A DNA stretch of 64,000 nucleotides. Origin: Candidatus Spechtbacterales bacterium. GTDB lineage: Bacteria; Patescibacteriota; Minisyncoccia; Spechtbacterales; 2-12-FULL-38-22. Shown here in pieces: positions 45,776 through 53,749 of this stretch. How positions within the stretch are numbered: the stretch's first letter is position 1; each line of letters begins with the position of its first letter. The stretch spans positions 1,042 to 65,041 of the forward strand of contig JBBDXP010000007.1 of NCBI GenBank assembly GCA_040902285.1. Direction: 5' to 3'. Below the pieces are notes generated by a model. It was not told the origin of the DNA. It searched no databases and saw only the letters and a program-made list of their open reading frames with translations. The translations under genes and the position numbers were made by a program.

Positions 45776-46756
45776 TTACCTCCCCTCTTTCTGACGAACA
45801 GAATTGAGCAGTTTCTTGAGTCCCAGCACCGCTTGCGTTATGCTTGCGGAGTCGGGGCCCCTCTTGGTGTACGAAGTCCTCAAAAGATCGAGCACTTCCG
45901 ACCATCTTGGGTCTCGATTCGCCCAAAAAGCTCTTGGAGAAACAACTCCGAACAAATCGTTTGCCATTTGAATAGCAAGTTCTTCCAATTCACGCATGCG
46001 AATTCTCAACTGTTCGGAATCAAGATTATCCCACTTTCTTTTTTCAAAGTGGGCAAGCTTGTCCGCAATACTTTCGTACGGAACCTTTTCGCGCACTATT
46101 TTCGGCTTGGGAGCTTCTTTCCAAATACGAACCAGCAGTCCGGTAAAAATAAAAGCAAGAATAGAACTTATCCCAAAAAGTATGCTCTTCAGTAGGATAT
46201 TAGACGCAAACATTGTTTTTGGAGGCCTGAGATAGGCATTCTCGGTATTGTCTCCGTAATAACTCCCTACCTGAAGCGGCATCTGAGGCGCGATATCGGC
46301 TGATTCTATCTTGCCGCTCGATATTACCTCATACTTCAGAACTATCGGCTTTAGAGCGTATTCCTGTCCGGTCATAGCTCTTATTGCAACCAATTCAACC
46401 TTATATATGTATTCGGACACGTTGTCGTTCGTTCTACGGTGGTAAACTGTAGCACCTGTAAGATCAAACGGTTCAAAAGAAGCATTCTTGATAGATTCAA
46501 TGTCGGGAATAATTTTGTCATCCCTATACTGAATCACGAAAGTGATGTTAAAGGCCTCTCCGAGCATGTGCGCGGAATCCCAGTCTATATATCTTACAGT
46601 CATAATCTTGTCAGAACCGATAAAAATTCCCTCGCGCTCCCCCGCTCTTTCTTTATCACCAAATATAGGCAAAAAGAAAGCGGAAAGCGCAAAAATACAC
46701 AGCAGTACAGCCGTTAGTGACACGGCTATTCTGATGTTTGGCGTTCGCCTGATCAT
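45776..46756 (-). CDS. hypothetical membrane protein (BatD-like position in the operon)
   Basis: It has a signal/TM segment, a beta-rich ectodomain, a TM helix and a C-terminal helical tail. No motif is recognised. Confidence 0.4.
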   Translation of the reverse strand: MIRRTPNIRIAVSLTAVLLCIFALSAFFLPIFGDKERAGEREGIFIGSDKIMTVRYIDWDSAHMLGEAFNITFVIQYRDDKIIPDIESIKNASFEPFDLTGATVYHRRTNDNVSEYIYKVELVAIRAMTGQEYALKPIVLKYEVISSGKIESADIAPQMPLQVGSYYGDNTENAYLRPPKTMFASNILLKSILFGISSILAFIFTGLLVRIWKEAPKPKIVREKVPYESIADKLAHFEKRKWDNLDSEQLRIRMRELEELAIQMANDLFGVVSPRAFWANRDPRWSEVLDLLRTSYTKRGPDSASITQAVLGLKKLLNSVRQKEGR

Positions 46757-46775
46757 CTGCGCTCTCCTTTCTTTC

Positions 46776-47717
46776 CTAGTGTTTGCTTATGCGATGCAAA
46801 GTTCTCCTGAGAGTGCCTCTTATCTCCTCTAAATCCATAGAAGAGATATGCACCCAAAGAAGACGATTACGGAAAAAAGTGTCTTTAAGCTTAGAAAACC
46901 GCTGTTCGTGTTCCCGCCTGATGCTTTTGGCTTCAGTACGGCTTATGGATATGATGTCACAGCCACCGGTCTCAACTTCTAAGACATTCAGCGACACGCC
47001 CCCCCTTGGTACATCCACAGGAAAAGAATATTCCAAATCATCTTGAATGACGACCGGAACAACCTTGTATCCGTACAACCTTTCCTCAAACAGAGACGTG
47101 AGATTTTCGTCATCACTGCCGAGAAAGTCGGAAATAACGAATACAGCTGAGCCCTTGGGCAGGGTCTTTCGCCATGTTCTAAGGGCCAAATTACCCGATC
47201 GTTTTCTTTTAAGACCCTTAACCAAGCCGATCCCTTCGCAAATAGACACTTCCAGCGCTTCTTTAACACGATAGAGCTGTTTATCACCCAATCTTGGCAT
47301 AAACTCTGCCGTTTGATACCTATCTGCAATGAACATGCCACACGGTATGCGCTGTCGAATAGCGTTTACAAATATCATAGCGGCCGTCAAATATGCCGTT
47401 TTCATTTTGTCCCTGAGAAACATGGAAGAAGATATATCCAAAATAACAAGGGCTCTATCTTCTCTCAATTCCTTTTTTTTGACAACTATCGGCTTTCCCG
47501 CCCGTATGCTTGCGCCCAAATGTATCCTTTTGGGATTGTCTCCGGGAACATATTCAGACAACTCCTCAAAATCAAATCCTTCTCCCGTATGCGGGCTGTC
47601 CCAGTCACCGAAAAATTGGCTTTTCGCAGACCGCGGCTTTAAAGCCAGGTGCGAAGAGCGGGCAGATTCGAAAAGCTCATCAAGTTCTGACCTTTCCATT
47701 ACTCCCTTCCCATCCAA
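46776..47717 (-). CDS. DUF58 family protein (vWA-like, MoxR partner)
   Basis: ALVILDISSSMF is an MIDAS-like motif typical of the DUF58 proteins found downstream of MoxR. Confidence 0.65.
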   Translation of the reverse strand: MDGKGVMERSELDELFESARSSHLALKPRSAKSQFFGDWDSPHTGEGFDFEELSEYVPGDNPKRIHLGASIRAGKPIVVKKKELREDRALVILDISSSMFLRDKMKTAYLTAAMIFVNAIRQRIPCGMFIADRYQTAEFMPRLGDKQLYRVKEALEVSICEGIGLVKGLKRKRSGNLALRTWRKTLPKGSAVFVISDFLGSDDENLTSLFEERLYGYKVVPVVIQDDLEYSFPVDVPRGGVSLNVLEVETGGCDIISISRTEAKSIRREHEQRFSKLKDTFFRNRLLWVHISSMDLEEIRGTLRRTLHRISKH

Positions 47718-48666
47718 AGACCTGGCGGATTATCTCTTCCATCGCCTCGCTAAACACAGAATCGTACTCATCAGGCATAAATCTGTCTTCAAAAACAACT
47801 CTGTGACAAAGCACAGGTTTAGAAAGTTCTATCAGATCCTCCGGCAGGACATAATCCCTGCCGCGCAAAACAGCCAGCGCTTTTGCGCTTCGCACAAGGG
47901 CCATGGGCACCCGCGTTGAACCGCCTGTAGAAAAGTTCTCTTTCGAGACATCGGAATTTTCCGGGCGGGTCAGTTCAACCATTGTAACTGCCTTATCGAC
48001 CAAAACCGGATCTATCCTAACTTCTTTTTCTATAAGTTTCTGAATGGAAAGGATATCAGAACCGTCCATGATCTTTTCGACCGGACCCGGTTCGGAAGAC
48101 ATGGTCGCTATTCTTACGGTTTCCTCATGGCTTGGATAGCCAACAAACACCTTCATAAGAAAGCGGTCTTCCTGGGCTTCCGAAAGAGGATAGGTACCCT
48201 CCTGTTCGATCGGGTTTTGTGTCGCAAAAACCAAAAATGGCCTGGAAAGCGCTTCGGTGCCTTTTTCCGATGTAACTTGCCTCTCCTGCATTGCTTCCAA
48301 AAGCGCGCTTTGCACTTTAGGACTCGTGCGATTAAGCTCGTCTGTCAGAAGAAAGTTGGTATAAATTGGACCGGGCAAAAAAGCGACTTTGCCGTCTTCT
48401 TTTATGTGTGGAACCGACCACAGGTCGCGAGGATATAGGTCAGGGGTCATCTGGATCCTTTTGAAGTCCACATTCGTGGCCTGCGCAAGGGTATTGATGA
48501 GATACGTCTTTCCGGTGCCGGGCACTCCTTCAAGAAGAACGTGCCCGTCGGCAAAGACCGCGACGAGAAGATGATCTATTACATCATCCATGCCCACAAT
48601 TCTCCTGTGGACCTCATCCCTAACAGTACCCATCAATTCATGGGCTTTCTGTAGGCCTTTAATCAT
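47680..48666 (-). CDS. MoxR-family AAA+ ATPase
   Basis: HVLLEGVPGTGKTYLINTLAQ is the Walker A motif and LLTDELNRTSPKVQSALLEAMQERQV is sensor/arginine-finger-like. Size is ~320 aa. Confidence 0.85.
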   Translation of the reverse strand: MIKGLQKAHELMGTVRDEVHRRIVGMDDVIDHLLVAVFADGHVLLEGVPGTGKTYLINTLAQATNVDFKRIQMTPDLYPRDLWSVPHIKEDGKVAFLPGPIYTNFLLTDELNRTSPKVQSALLEAMQERQVTSEKGTEALSRPFLVFATQNPIEQEGTYPLSEAQEDRFLMKVFVGYPSHEETVRIATMSSEPGPVEKIMDGSDILSIQKLIEKEVRIDPVLVDKAVTMVELTRPENSDVSKENFSTGGSTRVPMALVRSAKALAVLRGRDYVLPEDLIELSKPVLCHRVVFEDRFMPDEYDSVFSEAMEEIIRQVFGWEGSNGKVRT

Positions 48667-48719
48667 GTCTTTCTCCTTAAATTGTCAAGAAAACTGTGCT
48701 AACTATACCTAAAATAAAA

Positions 48720-48748
48720 AGAGGAGTCAATGTTTTATTGACTCCTCT
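48720..48748 (-). terminator. perfect 12-bp hairpin terminator
   Basis: AGAGGAGTCAAT-GTTTT-ATTGACTCCTCT, followed on the minus strand by TTTTTATTTT. It overlaps the stop of a small basic ORF. Confidence 0.5.
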
Positions 48749-48897
48749 TCAATTTTTACGGACTCGGTTCTTGTAAACTTTTTATACAGACGTTCGATTT
48801 GTTCTTGGCGTTCATCAACAGAAGAAAATTCCCGCCTTATCCGGGATTTTTCTTTGCGTATATGTTTCCTAATGCTGTAAGATAATTTGGCTTTCAT
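48727..48897 (-). CDS. small basic hypothetical protein (56 aa)
   Basis: MKAKLSYSIRKHIRKEKSRIRREFSSVDERQEQIERLYKKFTRTESVKIEEESIKH. It is shorter than the track cutoff and has no recognisable family. It lies between murE and its terminator. Confidence 0.3.
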   Translation of the reverse strand: MKAKLSYSIRKHIRKEKSRIRREFSSVDERQEQIERLYKKFTRTESVKIEEESIKH

Positions 48898-48900
48898 TTT

Positions 48901-50247
48901 CTAAAGATATAATTTACTGAACTCTTCCCTTGCTACCTGCCTGTCATCCCACGGCACAGGCCCCTTAGCGGTCATCATTAAGGGCTCCGCACCCTTTCCG
49001 GTTATAATTACATTATCGCCTTCTTTGGCTTTTTTCAATGCTTCTCTTATTGCCTGTCGCCGATCTAAGATTTTTTCGTAGTTTATTTCTTGTTTCTTGT
49101 CTGCCTGCCGAAGCCCTGTCCGTCCGGCAGGCGGGCTCGGCGCAGATAGGTATCTTGTGTCTTCAGAAAGTCCCGATTCAATATCCTTTAGAATACTTTC
49201 GGGATTTTCTGTGTAGGGATCTTCGTCCGTTAAAATTATTTCATCGCAATGTTCGCTTGCGATTTCTCCAAGCTTGGGTCTTTTCCATTTGTCCCTGCCT
49301 CCGCCTGCGGCTCCCAGAACGCATATAGTTCTTCCACCCTTTTTTTGCCGTAATTGCTCCGATACCGTGTTGTAAACTTTCTCCAAAGCATCGGGTGTAT
49401 GGGCATAATCAACAACAACATTAAATGGCTCGCCTATAACTACTTCAGCTCTGCCCGGCACGCCCGGAAAGCTTGATAATATATCGGCCATTTTATCCAT
49501 GGGTATTCCCTGCGCTCTGCCTGCGCCTATCGCGGCTAAAACATTATACGCGTTAAATTTCCCGAGAATGGGAATTGAAAATTTATTATCCCTTATATAA
49601 AAATTTATGCCCCTGTCCTCCAGTTTTAATTTTTCGGCAAGTATTTCCTCTGTGCCAAGTGAAGCACTGCCGGGATTGAGCGTATATCCAATTTTTTCAA
49701 TAGCCGGAAATTGCAGGAAATAATTGGCATTTTCATCGTCCAAGTTTACCACGGAAGCCCTGTGGCGCAAAGAAAAGAATTTGCCTTTCGCGTTTTTGTA
49801 ATTTTCAAAAGAACCGTGGCTCTCTATATGTTCGGGGGTCAAATTAGTAAATACGGCGGTATCAAATTCAATAAATTTATGTCTGTTTTGCCTAACGCCC
49901 TCGCTTGTAACTTCTATTACCGCGAACTGGCAACCGGCATCCGCCGCCTTGCGCAAAAACAGATGCAGTTTCATCCTTCCCGGCATTGTCATTTTAAGCT
50001 TGTTGGGCCATTCTTCGTTGCCTATTTTAAATCGCAGCGAAGAAATAGAAGCAGTTTTATAACCGGCGTTTTCCAGCAAATAAGAACAAAGATGTGCTAC
50101 GCTTGTTTTGCCGTTAGTGCCAGTGATACCGATAACTTTTATTTCTTTTGAAGGGTGTCCGTAAAGAAAAGCGCCCAAAGCGGGCCATGCGGAATGATAC
50201 GCTTCCAATACTGAAGGTGGGATAAATTTTTTGATTAGTTCTTTCAC
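48901..50247 (-). CDS. murE: UDP-N-acetylmuramoyl-tripeptide ligase MurE, probably L-Lys-adding type, with an in-frame GC-rich repeat insertion
   Basis: GITGTNGKT is the P-loop. TNLTPEHIESHGSFENYKNAK is the Mur central domain. LGAAGGGRDKWKRPKLG...ILTDEDPYTENP occupies the place of the DNPR motif. The C-terminal GKGAE motif is present. The insert LSAPSPPAGRTGLRQADKKQ sits near the C-terminus. Confidence 0.75.
   Translation of the reverse strand: MKELIKKFIPPSVLEAYHSAWPALGAFLYGHPSKEIKVIGITGTNGKTSVAHLCSYLLENAGYKTASISSLRFKIGNEEWPNKLKMTMPGRMKLHLFLRKAADAGCQFAVIEVTSEGVRQNRHKFIEFDTAVFTNLTPEHIESHGSFENYKNAKGKFFSLRHRASVVNLDDENANYFLQFPAIEKIGYTLNPGSASLGTEEILAEKLKLEDRGINFYIRDNKFSIPILGKFNAYNVLAAIGAGRAQGIPMDKMADILSSFPGVPGRAEVVIGEPFNVVVDYAHTPDALEKVYNTVSEQLRQKKGGRTICVLGAAGGGRDKWKRPKLGEIASEHCDEIILTDEDPYTENPESILKDIESGLSEDTRYLSAPSPPAGRTGLRQADKKQEINYEKILDRRQAIREALKKAKEGDNVIITGKGAEPLMMTAKGPVPWDDRQVAREEFSKLYL
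49095..49146. repeat. GC-rich palindromic element, copy B, in frame in murE
   Basis: TCTTGTCTGCCTGCCGAAGCCCTGTCCGTCCGGCAGGCGGGCTCGGCGCAG is near-identical to copy C. Confidence 0.55.
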
Positions 50248-51158
50248 AGGATATTTTTTATTCTATATAAAATATACCAAAAACGGCTAATAGGAAGATC
50301 GAAACTGCCCAAGTATTTTACTTCTTTTCCACCGAAACCTTTTTTAAAACGAGTTAAGCCGGGCCATTTTTTTTCATTAATTCCCCAAAGGTCATAATAC
50401 CCCAGAGATTCTCTTTTTGCATCTCGGATTATTTTCCAGTGCATAAGATAAGGCGCCATATGCTTTCTTAATTTGTAATCGGACGCTCCATGCAAATATG
50501 TGGCTGTGTTTCCGGCAAATACGACTATCGCGGCGGATGCGAGCTTGCCGTCTTTATACGCGATATATAGGCGCGCAATATCCATATCCAAAAGCTTTTT
50601 GTAATAATCTTTTGTATGCGTACTGAATTTATCGCGAAGTGCTGTGTCCAAAATCAACGACCACCACATATTAAAATCGGTCTGTTTATTTTTTGATAAA
50701 ACCGCTTCAACTCCCCGTTTTTGGGCCACGCGCAAATTGTATCTGGTCTTTTGTCCCATTTGCCCAAGAAGCTTTTCTTCGCTTTCTTTAAGATCTAAAA
50801 CTATGGTTTTCTGCGGCTGGAGTTCTTTGCTCGATTTAACAAAACCAAGCCGGCTTAATCCTTGTCTCTTGCCTGCCTGCCGAAGCCCTGCCCGTCCGGC
50901 AGGCGGGCTCGGCGCAGGCAGGTTGTTTGTTGCTTGTTGTTGTACAAGTGGCTCCCACTTAAAAAATATCGCGCCCTCAGCGCGTCCGATATTTTTTATT
51001 TCCTCCAAATATTCAAGCGCGTCGGGATAATTGGAATACAGATAACTTTTTCCCAAAGGAACATCCAGCTTAATCATGTACCCCGCGCCTAAATCAAAAC
51101 TCTTGCGCCCGGTGCTTTCCTGAAATTTTCTCCATTGTGGCAAGTTAAGAAAACTCAT
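50244..51158 (-). CDS. FemAB-family peptidoglycan interpeptide-bridge aminoacyltransferase (putative) with an in-frame GC-rich repeat insertion
   Basis: Length and composition fit FemX/FemAB GNAT-fold transferases. It is adjacent to the Lys-type murE. The insert NNLPAPSPPAGRAGLRQAGKRQ is encoded by repeat copy C. Confidence 0.5.
   Translation of the reverse strand: MSFLNLPQWRKFQESTGRKSFDLGAGYMIKLDVPLGKSYLYSNYPDALEYLEEIKNIGRAEGAIFFKWEPLVQQQATNNLPAPSPPAGRAGLRQAGKRQGLSRLGFVKSSKELQPQKTIVLDLKESEEKLLGQMGQKTRYNLRVAQKRGVEAVLSKNKQTDFNMWWSLILDTALRDKFSTHTKDYYKKLLDMDIARLYIAYKDGKLASAAIVVFAGNTATYLHGASDYKLRKHMAPYLMHWKIIRDAKRESLGYYDLWGINEKKWPGLTRFKKGFGGKEVKYLGSFDLPISRFWYILYRIKNIL
50862..50945. repeat. GC-rich palindromic element, copy C, in frame in the femAB-like gene
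   Basis: CTTGTCTCTTGCCTGCCTGCCGAAGCCCTGCCCGTCCGGCAGGCGGGCTCGGCGCAGGCAGG followed by a TTGTTTGTTGCTTGTTGTTG tail. The arms are inverted repeats (CTGCCTGCCGAAGCCC.../...GGGCTCGGCGCAGGCAG). Confidence 0.55.
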
Positions 51159-51736
51159 TATTTTTGGCCCAAAATTTTTAATGCCTCTTTTACTTTATCT
51201 TCCGTGCGTTCCAAGTCCTCGGGTATTTGTTTTAAAACACTTTGCGCCTGTTGCCTAGAATACCCCAAACTCTCCAGCGCTTCAACAACATCACTCTCTC
51301 CTCGTATGTCTCCGGCAAGAGCGCCCCATTCGGTTCCAAATTTGTCTTTTAGTTCAAGTATTATTTTTTGGGCTATTTTATTTCCTATGCCGGACACCCT
51401 GGTCAGTATGGAGGTATCGCCTTCGGCAATGGCCCTCTGAAGCATGTTTATGGGCGCCGCGTTCAGAATATTTAGAGCGCCTCTTGGGCCCACGCCTGAA
51501 ATTTTAATTAGAATTTCGAACATATTGCGTTCTTCCTTCTCTAAAAATCCGTAAAGCTCGGCTGTGTTTTCGCGCAAATAATAATGTGTAAACACTTCTA
51601 TGTCTTGTCCTGTTTTTTTAGATAAATCATCCGCTGTTCTTGCCGCGCATTGAATCTCATATCCTACGCCTCCAACCTCGACAACAGCCGAATTTTTACC
51701 CGTTTCTCTAATTGTGCCTTTTAACAAAGCTATCAT
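51158..51736 (-). CDS. ruvA: Holliday junction branch migration protein RuvA
   Basis: MIALLKGTI...VVEVGGVGYEI is the RuvA domain I motif. HhH motifs are present. Confidence 0.88.
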   Translation of the reverse strand: MIALLKGTIRETGKNSAVVEVGGVGYEIQCAARTADDLSKKTGQDIEVFTHYYLRENTAELYGFLEKEERNMFEILIKISGVGPRGALNILNAAPINMLQRAIAEGDTSILTRVSGIGNKIAQKIILELKDKFGTEWGALAGDIRGESDVVEALESLGYSRQQAQSVLKQIPEDLERTEDKVKEALKILGQK

Positions 51737-51746
51737 GTTTTTATAG

Positions 51747-51834
51747 TCGAGGATACGAGCGAAAAGAAAAAGATTAAATCATAGAAAGCTTGCTTTCAAA
51801 GATTTAAGATTTTTCTTTTCCGAGCGCCGCAGAC
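51747..51834. repeat. AAAAGAAAA hairpin element, locus 1 (upstream of ruvA)
   Basis: CGAGGATACGAGCGAAAAGAAAAA-[38-nt insert containing the GAAAGCTTGCTTTC palindrome]-ATTTTTCTTTTCCGAGCGCCGCAGAC. It shares about 45 nt with locus 2 at 60591-60650. Confidence 0.45.
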
Positions 51835-51856
51835 TATATAGTATTACTTAATAGTA

Positions 51857-53611
51857 TTACTTATATTTTAACATCCGTAGGAACTTATTGAGAGGAAGCG
51901 TGTTTATAATATCACTTTTCTTTGCCCAGCCACGGCGCGCCTGCGCTATTCCGTATTCCAAAAACTTAAAATGCTCCTTCGCATGCGCGTCCGTGTTGAT
52001 GCACATTTTTGCCCCGATTTTTACGGCCATGAGTATGTACTCGTCACGCAAATCAAGACGTTCCGGACTTCCATTTATCTCAAGAATGGTGCCGGTTCTT
52101 TTTGCCTCCCTTATTATTGCTTCCATATCCACATCGTAAGGGGGCCTTATATTTATACGCCTGCCTGTAGGATGAAACAACATATCCACATTCGGATTAT
52201 TCATCGCCTTGATTATGCGCTCGGTCTGCTCTTTTCTGGATAAATTAAAATGGGAATGCACAGATACGCCGACAACATCCAGTTGTTTTAAGACCTTATC
52301 CTCTATATCCAAAGAGCCATCTTTTAAGATATCGCATTCTGTGCCGGCAAGAATAGTTATGCCCTTTAGTTTTTTGTTTAATTTTTTTATTTCAGCTTTT
52401 TGTTTCAATATCTTTTCTCCGTTAAGTCCATTTGTCATCGCAAGATTTTTGGTGTGGTCCGTTATGGCTATATATTCAAGGCCTTCATCTTTTGCGACTT
52501 TTGCCATTTCTTCTATGCTGTCTTTTCCGTCTGTCCAATTTGTCTGCACCTGCAAATCGCCCTTAATTTCGCCGTATTTAATTAGATTGGGCAATTTTTT
52601 CTTTTGCGCCAATTCTATTTCGCCAGAATCAGTGCGCAATTCGGGAGGCATACATTCCATGCCGAGTTTTTTGTAAATCAAGCATTCATCAGTACCCGGA
52701 GCCACATTTTCTCTACCTTTAAAAAGCCCGTATTCGTTCAGTTTGTATTTTTTTGATATGGCTATTTTTCTGAGTTTTACATTGTGGTCTTTGCTTCCCG
52801 TAAAATATTGCAATGCGGCCCCATAACTCTCTTTTGAAACAACGCGTATATCAATATCAAACCCCCGTTTTAAATGCACGGATATTTTGGTTTTCCCTCT
52901 CCCCCACACCTTAACAACGCTTGGCAGATTAGCCGCATAATCCAAAACCTTTTTGCTATCTGATGCTTGTCCTGAGCCCGCCGAACGGACGGCAACAAGT
53001 ATATCCACATCTCCTATGGTTTCCTGTCTGCGTCTTAAAGAACCCGCTTCTGAAACTTCTATTACTCCCTTAATCTCTTTTATTTCTTCAATCAACTCGC
53101 GAGAATATGGCAAAATTCCTCCCAAGGGTATTCTGCCCCCGGAACTTTTTACAAACTCTATTCCTTGCGCTATATTCTCTTCCGTCTTTTTGCCCAATCC
53201 CTCCACCTTGCTAAGTTTTCCTTTTTTTACCGCATCTTCCAAATCTTTCAGAGTTTTTATGTTAAGTTCTTCATAAAGTTTTTTGGCCGTTTTAGGGCCT
53301 AGACCTTCAACGGAAGTAAGTTCTTCAAGATTAGCGGGCATTTCTTTTTTCAGCTTTTCATATTCTTTCACATGCCCTGTTTTTATATATTCCTCTATTT
53401 TTTCGGACATGCCTTTTCCAATGCCCGCCAAAGCATCCAGGCCTTTAAGTCCGTTTTCTTTGTAGATAAGTTTTAAATCTTGCGCCAAATCGCTTATGGT
53501 TTGTGCTCCTCTGTGTAGTGCGCGCTGGCGAAACCTGTCGTTTTTAATCTCATACAGCAAGGCCATTTCTTCAAATATATGGGCTATTTCTTTGTTTGTT
53601 TCAAGAGTCAT
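51857..53611 (-). CDS. polX: family X DNA polymerase with C-terminal PHP phosphoesterase domain
   Basis: It has HhH motifs. GSLRRRQETIGDVDILVA is the Pol-beta nucleotidyltransferase motif. The C-terminal PHP domain carries ITDHT. Confidence 0.85.
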   Translation of the reverse strand: MTLETNKEIAHIFEEMALLYEIKNDRFRQRALHRGAQTISDLAQDLKLIYKENGLKGLDALAGIGKGMSEKIEEYIKTGHVKEYEKLKKEMPANLEELTSVEGLGPKTAKKLYEELNIKTLKDLEDAVKKGKLSKVEGLGKKTEENIAQGIEFVKSSGGRIPLGGILPYSRELIEEIKEIKGVIEVSEAGSLRRRQETIGDVDILVAVRSAGSGQASDSKKVLDYAANLPSVVKVWGRGKTKISVHLKRGFDIDIRVVSKESYGAALQYFTGSKDHNVKLRKIAISKKYKLNEYGLFKGRENVAPGTDECLIYKKLGMECMPPELRTDSGEIELAQKKKLPNLIKYGEIKGDLQVQTNWTDGKDSIEEMAKVAKDEGLEYIAITDHTKNLAMTNGLNGEKILKQKAEIKKLNKKLKGITILAGTECDILKDGSLDIEDKVLKQLDVVGVSVHSHFNLSRKEQTERIIKAMNNPNVDMLFHPTGRRINIRPPYDVDMEAIIREAKRTGTILEINGSPERLDLRDEYILMAVKIGAKMCINTDAHAKEHFKFLEYGIAQARRGWAKKSDIINTLPLNKFLRMLKYK

Positions 53612-53749
53612 ACGAATTCAGTATAAATCAAAAAAGCCCGCCTATAAAGGCAGGGGCCAAAACTGCAAGAACAAGTTTTTTCGGTTCACAATAATTGCCC
53701 AGAAAGATCTTATCCTAAAACAATTCATCTTGAAAAACAAAATGCGGCC

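Noticed and set aside
48727-48897. Considered annotating the 56-aa basic ORF as ribosomal protein S21 or another small ribosomal protein.
   Set aside because: The sequence does not match S21 or any other small ribosomal protein motifs. It is left as hypothetical.
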